The notes under the pieces were generated by a model. The model ran no database searches and had not been told where the DNA came from. It saw nothing but the letters and a program-made list of their open reading frames with translations. Shown here one piece after another: positions 24,125-32,465 of a DNA stretch of 64,000 nucleotides (its first letter is position 1; every line of letters begins with the position of its first letter). The stretch lies in NCBI GenBank assembly GCA_963740635.1, contig CAVUEQ010000001.1:273026-337025 (forward strand). Reading direction: 5' to 3'. The stretch is from an uncultured bacterium (GTDB lineage: Bacteria; Patescibacteriota; Saccharimonadia; UBA4664). A program made the translations under genes and the position numbers.

Positions 24125-25300
24125 ATGAAGCATTTAGCATATAAATTAATGGGTGCTGCGACGCTGTCGGCGTTGTGGATCGCGGGGGCTTCGGCCTCGA
24201 GCGGTCACGACATGGCTGGGCCTGGCTATAAAGGCGATATGAAGCCTAGCTACAATCAGGTCAAACAGGACAGCCACCAGTATTCGAACAAGTCCGACAA
24301 CAAGACGTCGTACAAATCCGATAACCGGAACCAGGGCGACTATCAGAAAAACAACAATTACCAGGCCAAAGACAGCTATCAGCCCAAGAACAACTACCAG
24401 CCGGTGAGCCATCAGACCAACTACTCGAAGCCGGCCGACAGTAAGGTTTACAACCAGCGGCAGGACAACAACTACAAGCCGGTGGTTTACCAGCAGAACG
24501 ACAACAAAAAGAATGACTATAACCGTAATGACAACAACAAGAAGGATAATTACAGCAGGAAGAATAACAATTACAGCAACGACAACCGCCTGAACAATAA
24601 TTACGGTAACAAGTACGACAACAACCGGAACGATTTCCGCAAGATAGACTACGGCAACAACAATTACAGCAAAGACAACCGCAGCTACGACAACAACCGG
24701 TACAACAGTCACAACAATAACCGCAACGATTACGACAACAATCGTAACTACAACAAGTACAACAACCGGGACTACGATCGCAACTACAAGTCAGACGAGC
24801 ACTACCGGCCGGTTGTGTATTTCAGCAAGAACAATAACTACAAGCGCTACGACATGGACCGGTACGACCGAAACAAGCACTACCGGAACAACGAGCGAGA
24901 TTACGTGAGGTACGCCAGCTACAAGAGCTACGACAACTACAATAACTATAAACACCACAAAAACTACAACCAGTACAGCAACAGCCGTCACTATGATAAC
25001 AACCGGTATAGCCGTACCTACAAAACGGTCAGCTACCGGTCAAACAACTGTGACCGCCAGATTAACGTTCATCGAGTTAGTTACAACAAGCACAACGTGC
25101 GCTATGGGTCGTACAACATGAACCGAAGTTACCCGAGGGTCTATCTGGCGAGTTACCGGATGGGCACACACCAGGCTAACTACCGCAACGACTGCCAGCG
25201 GTCCTACCAGCGCCATCTGTGTGACTACAACCGCTGTGACAACAACCGCGTGAGCTACCACAACTACTCGGCCTGCCACTCAAACAGTTACTGCGCCTAA
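24125..25300 (+). CDS. secreted, extremely Asn/Tyr-rich low-complexity protein with Cys-rich C-terminus
   Basis: ATG 24125 lies 5 nt after AAGGGGG (24113-24119). The signal peptide is MKHLAYKLMGAATLSALWIAGASA|SS. About 365 aa follow, dominated by N, Y, D, R and K, with no hydrophobic core. The last ~90 aa carry about 7 Cys. A strong terminator lies 33 nt after the stop. Confidence 0.7.
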   Translation: MKHLAYKLMGAATLSALWIAGASASSGHDMAGPGYKGDMKPSYNQVKQDSHQYSNKSDNKTSYKSDNRNQGDYQKNNNYQAKDSYQPKNNYQPVSHQTNYSKPADSKVYNQRQDNNYKPVVYQQNDNKKNDYNRNDNNKKDNYSRKNNNYSNDNRLNNNYGNKYDNNRNDFRKIDYGNNNYSKDNRSYDNNRYNSHNNNRNDYDNNRNYNKYNNRDYDRNYKSDEHYRPVVYFSKNNNYKRYDMDRYDRNKHYRNNERDYVRYASYKSYDNYNNYKHHKNYNQYSNSRHYDNNRYSRTYKTVSYRSNNCDRQINVHRVSYNKHNVRYGSYNMNRSYPRVYLASYRMGTHQANYRNDCQRSYQRHLCDYNRCDNNRVSYHNYSACHSNSYCA

Positions 25301-25332
25301 AAAGTATCCAAAAATTAGATCATAACCGCGAG

Positions 25333-25358
25333 ACGGCCTGGAAAGGGGCCGTTTTTTT
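25333..25358 (+). terminator. intrinsic terminator
   Basis: ACGGCC-tggaaagg-GGCCGT stem followed by a run of seven T. Confidence 0.75.
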
Positions 25359-25370
25359 GTGCCCGGGTTT

Positions 25371-26210
25371 TTAGGCCAGCCGGGTGCGGTGGGCGGTTTG
25401 GCTGTCGCGGGACTTGGCCAGGAAGGATTCGTAGGCCGCCACCTCACTGATGCGGTCGTTCATGAGGCGCCAGGCAAGGCGCTGGCCAGTGGCGGTGAGA
25501 AACTGTTCCGGGCCGATCGAGGCGGCGACGTTTTGGATATAATCCGAGGGTTCCACTCCTTTGCGAGTTATGTCGAGCCAGAAGCTCTCATGGGTGTAGG
25601 GCCACATGCGGTCGGCTTCGCAGGCAATGATGAGCTCGCTGGGGGTGCGACCGGACTGGTAGCCGGAGGGGCGTTCGTGGTAGAGCGCGACATCACTGAT
25701 GAGCTTGATTTCGGCTTCGGTGAGGGGTTTCTTGAATTCGTAGCCGCGCAGAATTTCGGCTGCCAGCCGGCCGCCGTGCTCGGCGTGGAGGCGCTTGGCC
25801 TTGGCGGCTTGGCGGGTAAACCGGACGCCGGCGTAGTCCAGGCTGTCGGCGATTTGCGCTGGGCTGACCTGGCTCCAGCCGCAGTCATGCAGGATGACGG
25901 CCAGGGTGGTGAGGCGGAGGTCGGCTGTGGAGTCGATGGCGGCCTGGAGCTCGGGTACAAAGCTGACCGACACCGCGGTGTGAACGCTGGTGGTGCGTGG
26001 CGTCAGGTACGGCAAAGCATACTTAAAGAAATCGTGGTAGGCACCGGGAACGTGCTTGAGGTACGAACTATTCCAGGGGATATGAGTGAGTAGATGCAAT
26101 CGCTCGCGCTCTACGTGGAGCGTGGCGGGAACGGCTATGGAGATTGTTGTCGGTAGGAATTCGTCGGCGCCGTCAGGCAGGGAGACATTCCGGAAACTCA
26201 GCGATGTCAT
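25371..26210 (-). CDS. HD-domain-like metal-dependent phosphohydrolase (putative)
   Basis: 279 aa. H..(ILHDCGW)..H..D spacing suggests an HD domain. The call is weak without an HMM. Confidence 0.45.
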   Translation of the reverse strand: MTSLSFRNVSLPDGADEFLPTTISIAVPATLHVERERLHLLTHIPWNSSYLKHVPGAYHDFFKYALPYLTPRTTSVHTAVSVSFVPELQAAIDSTADLRLTTLAVILHDCGWSQVSPAQIADSLDYAGVRFTRQAAKAKRLHAEHGGRLAAEILRGYEFKKPLTEAEIKLISDVALYHERPSGYQSGRTPSELIIACEADRMWPYTHESFWLDITRKGVEPSDYIQNVAASIGPEQFLTATGQRLAWRLMNDRISEVAAYESFLAKSRDSQTAHRTRLA

Positions 26211-26253
26211 ACGGCATTAAGTATACACCAAAAAGCTTACGCCGGCGGGCTGA

Positions 26254-28032
26254 TTACCAGCCGCCGCCACCTCCGCCGCCGCCACCACCGCCGGCGGATC
26301 CGCCCGCGCCGGAGCTGGACGGCGGCGTGAAGCTGGCACTCGAGGCTTGAGAAAAGCCGGCCAGCGATCCGGCGAAATAGCCGGCATTGAACGAGGACGT
26401 GCCGGAATACCAGCCGGGTGGCTGTTGGTAAAGCTGGGCAAATTCTTTGGCCCAATCCTTTTCGATACCAAAGAGCATGGCGTAGGGCAGCAGGCGCTCA
26501 TACAGTTTGACCAGTTGCCCCTTATCGGCGGTGTCGATTTTTTCGGTGAGGCTGCCGTGAGGGCTTTGCATTACCTTAATGCGGTCCGCTTCGGCTAGCC
26601 GCATGTAATCGCGCAGACCGAGCAAATAATCGTGCAGCCCGACGCCTTTGGCGGTGCGGGCGGGCATGAATTTGGCTGAGATGAACAAAATGACGGCGGG
26701 CGGCAGGAAGGCGAAGCCGGCCTGCGGCACGAAGACCCCGAGAGTGATTTGGTAAAGCAAAAAGCCGGCCGCTAGGGCTGCGAGGCCGATGAGGAGAAAT
26801 GGGATTGCGGCGGTGGTGGGGTCGGTGCGGAAGTAACCGCCGGCGGTGAGGGCTAGGGCTTGGGATTTGTTGAGGGAGGCGGCGCCGACGTAAAGTTTGT
26901 TTTTGAGGCTGTCGAGCTTGATGCGGCTGCCGGGTTCATTGAAGGCCCCAAAGACCAGGTTTATTACGGCTTGCTCGTCGTTGCGCAGGTCCGCCGGGTC
27001 GCGGGTGAGTTCGAGCTCGTAGGATGTAACGTCAGCGAGGATGACGCGGCGCTTGGTCTCGTAGATTTTGATGTACCCCCGCACGGCCAGGTCGATAATT
27101 TGGGCGGTGATGGCTTTGGGCTCGAGCTTTTCGCGGAGTGTGACGCCGGCGCCGAGGACGCTGACTTCCTTGGGCGGTACGTATTCGGGGATAATGACGC
27201 CCCGGCCGGACGGGTCGCGGCCATACCGGCGCCAGTAAATCACCGCCACAATGAGCGTGATGATGGTAGGCAAGGCCAGAGCGGCCGCTATTGCCGCCAT
27301 CCCCCAGATTTGGGCGGTGGTGAGGTGGTAGGCAGCGAACGTCCCGGGCGCGAAGCGCAGCTCGTAGGTGAGGGTTTCGCCGGTTTCGAGGGGGCGTGTG
27401 GCGGTGAAGGTGGCGAGCGCACTGCCGCCGGTTTCCGGCTCGATGGCAGCGGTGCAGGCTTGGGTGGTGGAACCAGGCTGGCCGGTAAAGCAGCGGCTGC
27501 CGTCGGGTTGGCCGGCGGCGGCCAGGTCGTTGGTGAGGTGGACCCGGGCTGTAACCTGGCCGAATTGCTGCTGCCACTGGTCGCCGTTGACGTCCCAGAA
27601 ATGGCCGTCGTATCCGGAATTGTTAACGGTGACGTTGTCTTGGGTGTAGTCAATGTTGTACACCTGCCGGCCGTGAACGTAGCGCGAGGCATCGCCAATA
27701 CGCAGGACGAGGTTGGAGTTGGAATTGCTGCGCGAGTAATGCAGGGCCTGTCCGGAGTCGTTGGTAACACTTTGGACTCGGAGGTCCACGGTATGGCCCT
27801 GGTAGCGATCGGGGATGGCTCGCAGAATGCCGTGGTTTTGGTCGAAATCCGGGAAGTTGGCCACAATGTGCTCGTGGACGCGCAGGTGGGAGATATGATC
27901 GGTGTCGCGGCTGAGGTAATAATCGGCCTCAAATTGCGGGATGGTGAAGTCCTGGACACCGGCGGCGGCGCCCAACGGGGCGAGAGCCGGGGCGGCTAAG
28001 ACGAGGGCAAGGATAATGCGAAGTTTGCGCAT
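26254..28032 (-). CDS. DUF2207-family membrane protein
   Basis: 592 aa. It has a signal peptide, FTIPQFEADYYL...ILRAIP, mid-protein TM helices and the family-typical C-terminal poly-Gly tail ending GGGGGGGGGW. Confidence 0.85.
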   Translation of the reverse strand: MRKLRIILALVLAAPALAPLGAAAGVQDFTIPQFEADYYLSRDTDHISHLRVHEHIVANFPDFDQNHGILRAIPDRYQGHTVDLRVQSVTNDSGQALHYSRSNSNSNLVLRIGDASRYVHGRQVYNIDYTQDNVTVNNSGYDGHFWDVNGDQWQQQFGQVTARVHLTNDLAAAGQPDGSRCFTGQPGSTTQACTAAIEPETGGSALATFTATRPLETGETLTYELRFAPGTFAAYHLTTAQIWGMAAIAAALALPTIITLIVAVIYWRRYGRDPSGRGVIIPEYVPPKEVSVLGAGVTLREKLEPKAITAQIIDLAVRGYIKIYETKRRVILADVTSYELELTRDPADLRNDEQAVINLVFGAFNEPGSRIKLDSLKNKLYVGAASLNKSQALALTAGGYFRTDPTTAAIPFLLIGLAALAAGFLLYQITLGVFVPQAGFAFLPPAVILFISAKFMPARTAKGVGLHDYLLGLRDYMRLAEADRIKVMQSPHGSLTEKIDTADKGQLVKLYERLLPYAMLFGIEKDWAKEFAQLYQQPPGWYSGTSSFNAGYFAGSLAGFSQASSASFTPPSSSGAGGSAGGGGGGGGGGGW

Positions 28033-28038
28033 ACAGTC

Positions 28039-28105
28039 AGTGTAACCGACCGCGCGGCCCGGTGCGAACGGGGTGGGTTGGTTGTTGCACCATAAGCAGT
28101 ATAAT
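28039..28105. promoter_or_regulatory. back-to-back leaderless-type promoters in an 80-bp divergent spacer
   Basis: Minus-strand TACACT (28044..28039) lies 6 nt from the DUF2207 ATG at 28032. Plus-strand TATAAT (28100-28105) lies 7 nt from the SH3b-gene ATG at 28113. Neither gene has an SD. Confidence 0.5.
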
Positions 28106-28112
28106 GTAAGAG

Positions 28113-28835
28113 ATGGAAGCCAAGGATATACACTCGTCTCCCGAGCCGGAGCAGAGTTTGATGGATAAAATTGCTTCGGACCCGGAAATTATTAATCGCG
28201 GTGCGGCGCAGCCGGCGGAGGCTGTGGTAGCGCCGGTGGTGCCTTCGAGCGCCCCGCCGATGGGCGTCACAAGTGGCGACCAGACGGCCACCGGCAGCCA
28301 GGCGCCGGTGTTTAATTTGCTGGCGCCGCGTGATTTGGGGACCGATGAGCCCGCCGCGGCTGCTGCGCCAGCCGCCGGGGCCGGGGCTGCCGGCCCGGCG
28401 AAAAAGAGCGGCCGCGGGAAAATTGTGGCGGCGGTGCTGGTGGTGCTGGTGTTGGCAGGCGGCGCCGGGGCGTACTTTGTGCTGCTGCGCCCGGCGAGGC
28501 CTGTGGCCAAGGCGCCGGCAACTCCGACCGCTACGCCCACGCCCACGGCTACTCCGACGCCTACCCCCACTCCAACGCCCTCGCCCACCCCGGCTCCAGT
28601 CCAGCAAGTGACAGCGCCGGCGGCAGCTCCGACAGCGGACCATCCGCAGACAGTTACGGTGAGGGTGGCAGCGGGCCTATGGTTGCGCAGCTCACCGGAC
28701 AGCAGTAATCAGAAGAACGTGATTGGCTGGATTCCTAATGGCGGACAGGTGAGCGTGGACGCTGTGGGCGACTTTTGGTGGCACGGCACTTACGCCGGCA
28801 AGCACGGTTACTTCGCGGTGAATTACACGAAATAG
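28113..28835 (+). CDS. membrane-anchored SH3b-domain protein with Thr-Pro linker
   Basis: 240 aa. The TM segment is IVAAVLVVLVLAGGAGAYFVLL, the linker is TPTATPTPTATPTPTPTPTPSPTP and the C-terminal SH3_3-like block is RVAAGLWLRSSPDSS...GWIPNGGQVSV...WWHGTYAGKHGYFAVNY. Confidence 0.75.
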   Translation: MEAKDIHSSPEPEQSLMDKIASDPEIINRGAAQPAEAVVAPVVPSSAPPMGVTSGDQTATGSQAPVFNLLAPRDLGTDEPAAAAAPAAGAGAAGPAKKSGRGKIVAAVLVVLVLAGGAGAYFVLLRPARPVAKAPATPTATPTPTATPTPTPTPTPSPTPAPVQQVTAPAAAPTADHPQTVTVRVAAGLWLRSSPDSSNQKNVIGWIPNGGQVSVDAVGDFWWHGTYAGKHGYFAVNYTK

Positions 28836-29005
28836 ATTTTCTTATAAGATATTTGGCAACCCATTCTGGAGTGTATTGCCCATTTTGGGAGACAGGGGTG
28901 AAAATTAGCCTCAAATTTGAAATCAATGTTTCAATTTGGGACATGTACTCCAGCATGAGTGATCGGGAAAATAGCCGGCCACGGACAGCTTGATTATAAG
29001 AAAAT
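28836..29005. repeat. 12-bp perfect terminal inverted repeats (ATTTTCTTATAA / TTATAAGAAAAT) bracketing a 146-nt AT-richer spacer
   Basis: Read directly at 28836-28847 and 28994-29005. The pair spans almost the whole spacer between the convergent SH3b and metK genes. An inner imperfect hairpin AAATTTGAAA/TTTCAATTT lies near 28912-28940. Confidence 0.5.
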
Positions 29006-29014
29006 GCCTGTGTT

Positions 29015-30145
29015 CTAAGAGCGTGAGGCCAGTGCTGGTTGGGCGGCTTTTTGCTCCCAGGGAAATTCGTTGCGGCCAAAGTGGCCGTAAGCCGCGGTTT
29101 TTTCGTAGAGCGGCCGGCGCAGGTCCAGGCCGTCGATGATGCCTTTCACGCTAGTGTCGAGGAGATTGTCGGCAAACCGGCGCAATTGCGCGGGCGAGGC
29201 GGTGCTGGTGCCAAAGGTGCTGATTTCGAGGGCCACGGGTGCTTTGGCGCCGATGAAGTACGCCAGCGACACCTCGGCGCGGTCGGCCAGGCCGGCGGCT
29301 ACCAGATTCTTGGCGATGTAGCGGGCGGCGTAGGCGCCGGAGCGGTCGACCTTGGTCGGGTCTTTGCCGCTGAAGGCGCCGCCGCCCACGCGGGCGTAGC
29401 CGCCGTAGCCGTCGACCACGATCTTGCGGCCGGTGAGGCCGGCGTCGGAGGCCGGGCCGGGCTGGTGCCACACGCCGGTGCCGTTGAGAACCACGCTGCC
29501 CTCGGCGATGCTAAACCCATAGCGCTCGAGCACCGGGCTGATTACGCGGGTGTAAATGTCGGCAAACACGGTTTTGTGGGAGGTGTTTTCGTTGTGGGGT
29601 ACCGCAACTGTGACGTGGTCGATGCCCACCGCCTGCCCGTCTTTATACCGTACCGTTACTTGGGCCTTGCCGTCGGGCCGCAGGTAGCCGAGTTCACCCG
29701 TTTCGCGCGCCGTATCGATGGCGCGCGTGAGCGAATGGGCCAGCGTGATGGGCAGCGGCATGAGTTCCGGTGTTTGCTGGCAGGCAAATCCGAACATCAT
29801 GCCCTGGTCCCCCGCCCCATCCAGGTCTACGCCCTGGGCAATTTCCGGCGATTGGGCGCCGATGTAGTCGAAGACTTCACATTGGTCGGAAAATCCCCAG
29901 GCGGGATTGGTGTAGCCCAGGCGCTTGAGGGTGGCCCGCGCCACCGCCGTGTGGTCGATCTTGGCGGTGGTGGTGACCTCGCCGAGCAATATCAACCGGT
30001 TGCCGCCCACGGCCGTTTCCACGGCCACGCGGCCTTTCGGGTCCTGAGCCAAAATGGCGTCCAAAATCGCGTCTGAGACCTGGTCGCAGACTTTGTCGGG
30101 ATGGCCGGCACAGACCGACTCGCTGGTAAATACGTGTTGAGACAT
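29015..30145 (-). CDS. metK: S-adenosylmethionine synthetase
   Basis: 376 aa. FTSESVCAGHPDKVCDQVSDAILDA, GAGDQGMMFGFA and GGGAFSGKDPTKVDRS are MetK signature blocks. Confidence 0.95.
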   Translation of the reverse strand: MSQHVFTSESVCAGHPDKVCDQVSDAILDAILAQDPKGRVAVETAVGGNRLILLGEVTTTAKIDHTAVARATLKRLGYTNPAWGFSDQCEVFDYIGAQSPEIAQGVDLDGAGDQGMMFGFACQQTPELMPLPITLAHSLTRAIDTARETGELGYLRPDGKAQVTVRYKDGQAVGIDHVTVAVPHNENTSHKTVFADIYTRVISPVLERYGFSIAEGSVVLNGTGVWHQPGPASDAGLTGRKIVVDGYGGYARVGGGAFSGKDPTKVDRSGAYAARYIAKNLVAAGLADRAEVSLAYFIGAKAPVALEISTFGTSTASPAQLRRFADNLLDTSVKGIIDGLDLRRPLYEKTAAYGHFGRNEFPWEQKAAQPALASRS

Positions 30146-30148
30146 AGA

Positions 30149-30245
30149 ATATCTCTCCTGTTGAGGCTAGATGTGGCACCGTACGGCATAACCGCGGTTG
30201 CCGGCAGGTCAGTGGGCTAGATCCCTCGCTGCGCTCTTGATATGG
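30149..30245 (-). promoter_or_regulatory. SAM-I (S-box)-like riboswitch in the metK leader
   Basis: The minus-strand RNA is CAUAUCAAGAGCGCAGCGAGGGAUCUAGCCCACUGACCUGCCGGCAACCGCGGUUAUGCCGUACGGUGCCACAUCUAGCCUCAACAGGAGAGAUAUUCU-AUG. The conserved SAM-I blocks occur in order: UAUCAAGAG, GAGGGA, (C)UAGCCC, UGA, CCGGCAACC, GGUGCCA, AGAU. P1 is AUAUC/GAUAU. The SD (GGAG) lies inside the 3' part of the aptamer. Confidence 0.6.
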
Positions 30246-30295
30246 CTATTTAGTTGTGCGGTCAGTGTACCAGCGTTACCGGTTATGGCGCAAGC

Positions 30296-30535
30296 TTAGC
30301 GCCCCGTGTTCTCCACTTCGTACCGGGGCTCGTCATCGTCGAGGTCCGCGAAATCGAGGCTCTCGTAGTAGACCGGCGCCCGGGTGCCCATCTGATGCCG
30401 TTCGACAATTTCGTCGGCGACCTCGGCATCGAAGCCGAGCTCAATAATACTTTGGACTTTGCTCACATCGGGGATGTTTGCGTACAGAATCTCGTCGAGA
30501 CGCTGTTCTTGCTGAGCATAATTACGACTGCTCAT
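30296..30535 (-). CDS. small acidic hypothetical protein
   Basis: Start re-assigned to ATG 30535, preceded by GGAGGG at 7 nt. The product is 79 aa (MSSRNYAQQEQRLDEILY...). No recognisable domain. Confidence 0.45.
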   Translation of the reverse strand: MSSRNYAQQEQRLDEILYANIPDVSKVQSIIELGFDAEVADEIVERHQMGTRAPVYYESLDFADLDDDEPRYEVENTGR

Positions 30536-30658
30536 AGTATGGCCCTCCACCATTAGGATTTCAGCATACGGGCAGCGCGAGGCGGCGCGCACTGGTGGTT
30601 TACACAACCCCGGCCGGAAATTTGGCGGTGGGCATTTGGCGGTTCATAATGACGGGAC

Positions 30659-31849
30659 ATGAGTTACGTGTTGAGCAAAGATCAGGCCGAGGCGCTGCGA
30701 CAGATTGGAGCCTGGTACCGGGGGCAGACTTCGCCATTTCTGACGTTGGGCGGCTATGCCGGTACCGGGAAAACCACTTTGATTGCCTATTTGCGCAAGG
30801 CGCTGACGGAGCATGATTCTGATGCGACGGTGGCGTTTTGCGCCTACACGGGCAAAGCTACAAGGGTTTTGCAAAACAAATTGCGCGAGCGGCGGGCGGC
30901 GCGGCGCGGTGACAGTGTTTCGACGATTCACAGTTTGATCTACACGACGGAGGAGGGGCCGGGCAGGGTGCCGCGCTGGATACGAAAAGACAAACTGGAC
31001 CGCAGCCTGATAATCGTGGACGAGGCCAGTATGGTGGATGAAGCGATCTGGAAGGATTTGCTGAGCTTCGGGATTCCGATCCTGGCGGTGGGCGACCACG
31101 GGCAGTTGCCGCCGATAGGCGGGCGGTTTAACCTGATGGCTGAGCCGGTGCTGCGGCTGGAGCGGATTTTCCGGCAGGAGGCGGACTCGCCGATCATTGA
31201 CGTGGCCACGCTGGCGCGCGAGACCGGAGTGCTGCCGGTACGGGATTATGGGCCGGGAGTGGCTAAATTGGACCGGGCACTGCCGGAGACGGGGCAGACC
31301 GTGCAGGACATGCTCGAGAACTGGCGGCCGGAGCTGCTGGTGCTGTGCGGCTACAACGCGACCCGCGTGAAGCTCAACCAGGGAATTCGTGAAATGCGCG
31401 ACATGGTGGGGCCCAAGCCGCAGTCCGGCGACCGCGTGGTGTGCCTGCGCAACAACCGCACCAAGCACCTGTTTAACGGCATGCTGGGGCAGATTGTGCG
31501 GGTGGCGCCGGCCATGGGCGAAGATGGCCGGGCGTGGTATGAGGCGGAAATTGAACTTGAGGGCGAGGATTACACCTACTCCGGGTATATTTTTCGCGAA
31601 CAATTCGGCGCTAACGAAACGGTGAAGGATGTGCCGCCGGCGCCCGACGGCGAGCGCGGCGACCTGTGGGACTTCGGCTATGCGCTGACGGTGCACAAGG
31701 CGCAGGGTTCGCAAGCGCCGCGGGTGCTGGTGTTTGAGGAGCGGTTCGCGCGCAGCACCGAGGAGGATTGGCGGCGGTGGCTGTACACGGCGGTCACGCG
31801 GGCGGAGACGGAGCTGACGGTTGTGGGGCCAAAACCCGCCGGCGGCTGA
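30659..31849 (+). CDS. RecD/Dda-like SF1B DNA helicase
   Basis: 396 aa. Walker A is GGYAGTGKTT and Walker B is IIVDEASMV. GDHGQLPPI and the C-terminal YALTVHKAQGSQ...YTAVTRA are also present. CATAAT lies 8 nt upstream of the ATG. Confidence 0.85.
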   Translation: MSYVLSKDQAEALRQIGAWYRGQTSPFLTLGGYAGTGKTTLIAYLRKALTEHDSDATVAFCAYTGKATRVLQNKLRERRAARRGDSVSTIHSLIYTTEEGPGRVPRWIRKDKLDRSLIIVDEASMVDEAIWKDLLSFGIPILAVGDHGQLPPIGGRFNLMAEPVLRLERIFRQEADSPIIDVATLARETGVLPVRDYGPGVAKLDRALPETGQTVQDMLENWRPELLVLCGYNATRVKLNQGIREMRDMVGPKPQSGDRVVCLRNNRTKHLFNGMLGQIVRVAPAMGEDGRAWYEAEIELEGEDYTYSGYIFREQFGANETVKDVPPAPDGERGDLWDFGYALTVHKAQGSQAPRVLVFEERFARSTEEDWRRWLYTAVTRAETELTVVGPKPAGG

Positions 31850-32423
31850 GCACTATGGCGGCGATCAGGAGTGAGTTAAATTCCAATACAATCACCGAGG
31901 CCAAGGTCGAAAAAGTATAGCTGCTAAGGCTGAGAAAAGTGAGAATGCCCGCGAAGCTGGCGAACGCGAAACTCTCCCAGGTTTCGGCAAACGGATCGGT
32001 CCAGGCATGATGCCAGGTCGGCAGGGCCGCTATGAGGATGACTACTTGGGCGATGGCGATGGCGAGGTTGGCATTGCTGGTGGCTCTCCAGGCAATTATG
32101 CCTATCACGGCCAACACTTGGCAGCCGATGTCGAAGGCCGTATAGCGCTTAACGCCGTGCCTGAAAGCCAGGACGGTAATTACGACGGTGCCGATGGTGG
32201 CTCCCCCGATTAGGGTAGCGGATTGGACGGCGCCGGTGCTGAGGGTAGCAATGGTTGACATCAGGTTCACCACCGACCAAGTGATCCAGGTGACGAGGTT
32301 GGGATGGGTCTTGCCCTTCAGGATATTGACGATATAGGGTATGGACGCCAGGGCTACGATGAGGCCGGCGATATCGGCGAGTGCGGTTTTCACCACTACA
32401 GAGTAGCATATTAGTGATGACAA
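31794..32423 (-). CDS. polytopic membrane protein, unknown family
   Basis: 209 aa with about 6 predicted TM helices. The start is TTG (uncertain). The 3' end overlaps the helicase 3' end by 56 nt in convergent orientation. Confidence 0.5.
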   Translation of the reverse strand: MSSLICYSVVVKTALADIAGLIVALASIPYIVNILKGKTHPNLVTWITWSVVNLMSTIATLSTGAVQSATLIGGATIGTVVITVLAFRHGVKRYTAFDIGCQVLAVIGIIAWRATSNANLAIAIAQVVILIAALPTWHHAWTDPFAETWESFAFASFAGILTFLSLSSYTFSTLASVIVLEFNSLLIAAIVLSRRRVLAPQPSAPSPPA

Positions 32424-32465
32424 TTATGCCAACCATGGGTATGATATCGCTAACGTTTAATCAGA

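Noticed and set aside
24146-24712. 188-aa poly-Val-rich minus-strand ORF (also 24791-24991 and 25040-25279)
   Set aside because: These are the reverse complement of the AAC/TAC-rich N/Y gene (GTT/GTA codons). They have no start context, whereas the plus strand has an SD, a signal peptide and a terminator.
26254-26300. GCC/ACC-rich simple repeat at the 3' end of the DUF2207 gene
   Set aside because: It encodes the family-typical C-terminal poly-Gly tail (GGGGGGGGGW) and is not an independent repeat element.
28527-28600. Short tandem DNA periodicity (ACNCCN repeats) that could be mistaken for a repeat array
   Set aside because: It encodes the Thr-Pro linker (TPTATPTPTATPTPTPTPTPSPTP) of the SH3b protein. 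There is no spacer/repeat organisation, so it is not a CRISPR array.
27996-28643. Minus-strand ORFs of 215 and 183 aa overlapping the SH3b gene
   Set aside because: The plus-strand frame has a TATAAT/ATG geometry, a TM helix, a Thr-Pro linker and an SH3b-like C-terminus. The minus-strand frames are Arg/Gly/Pro junk.
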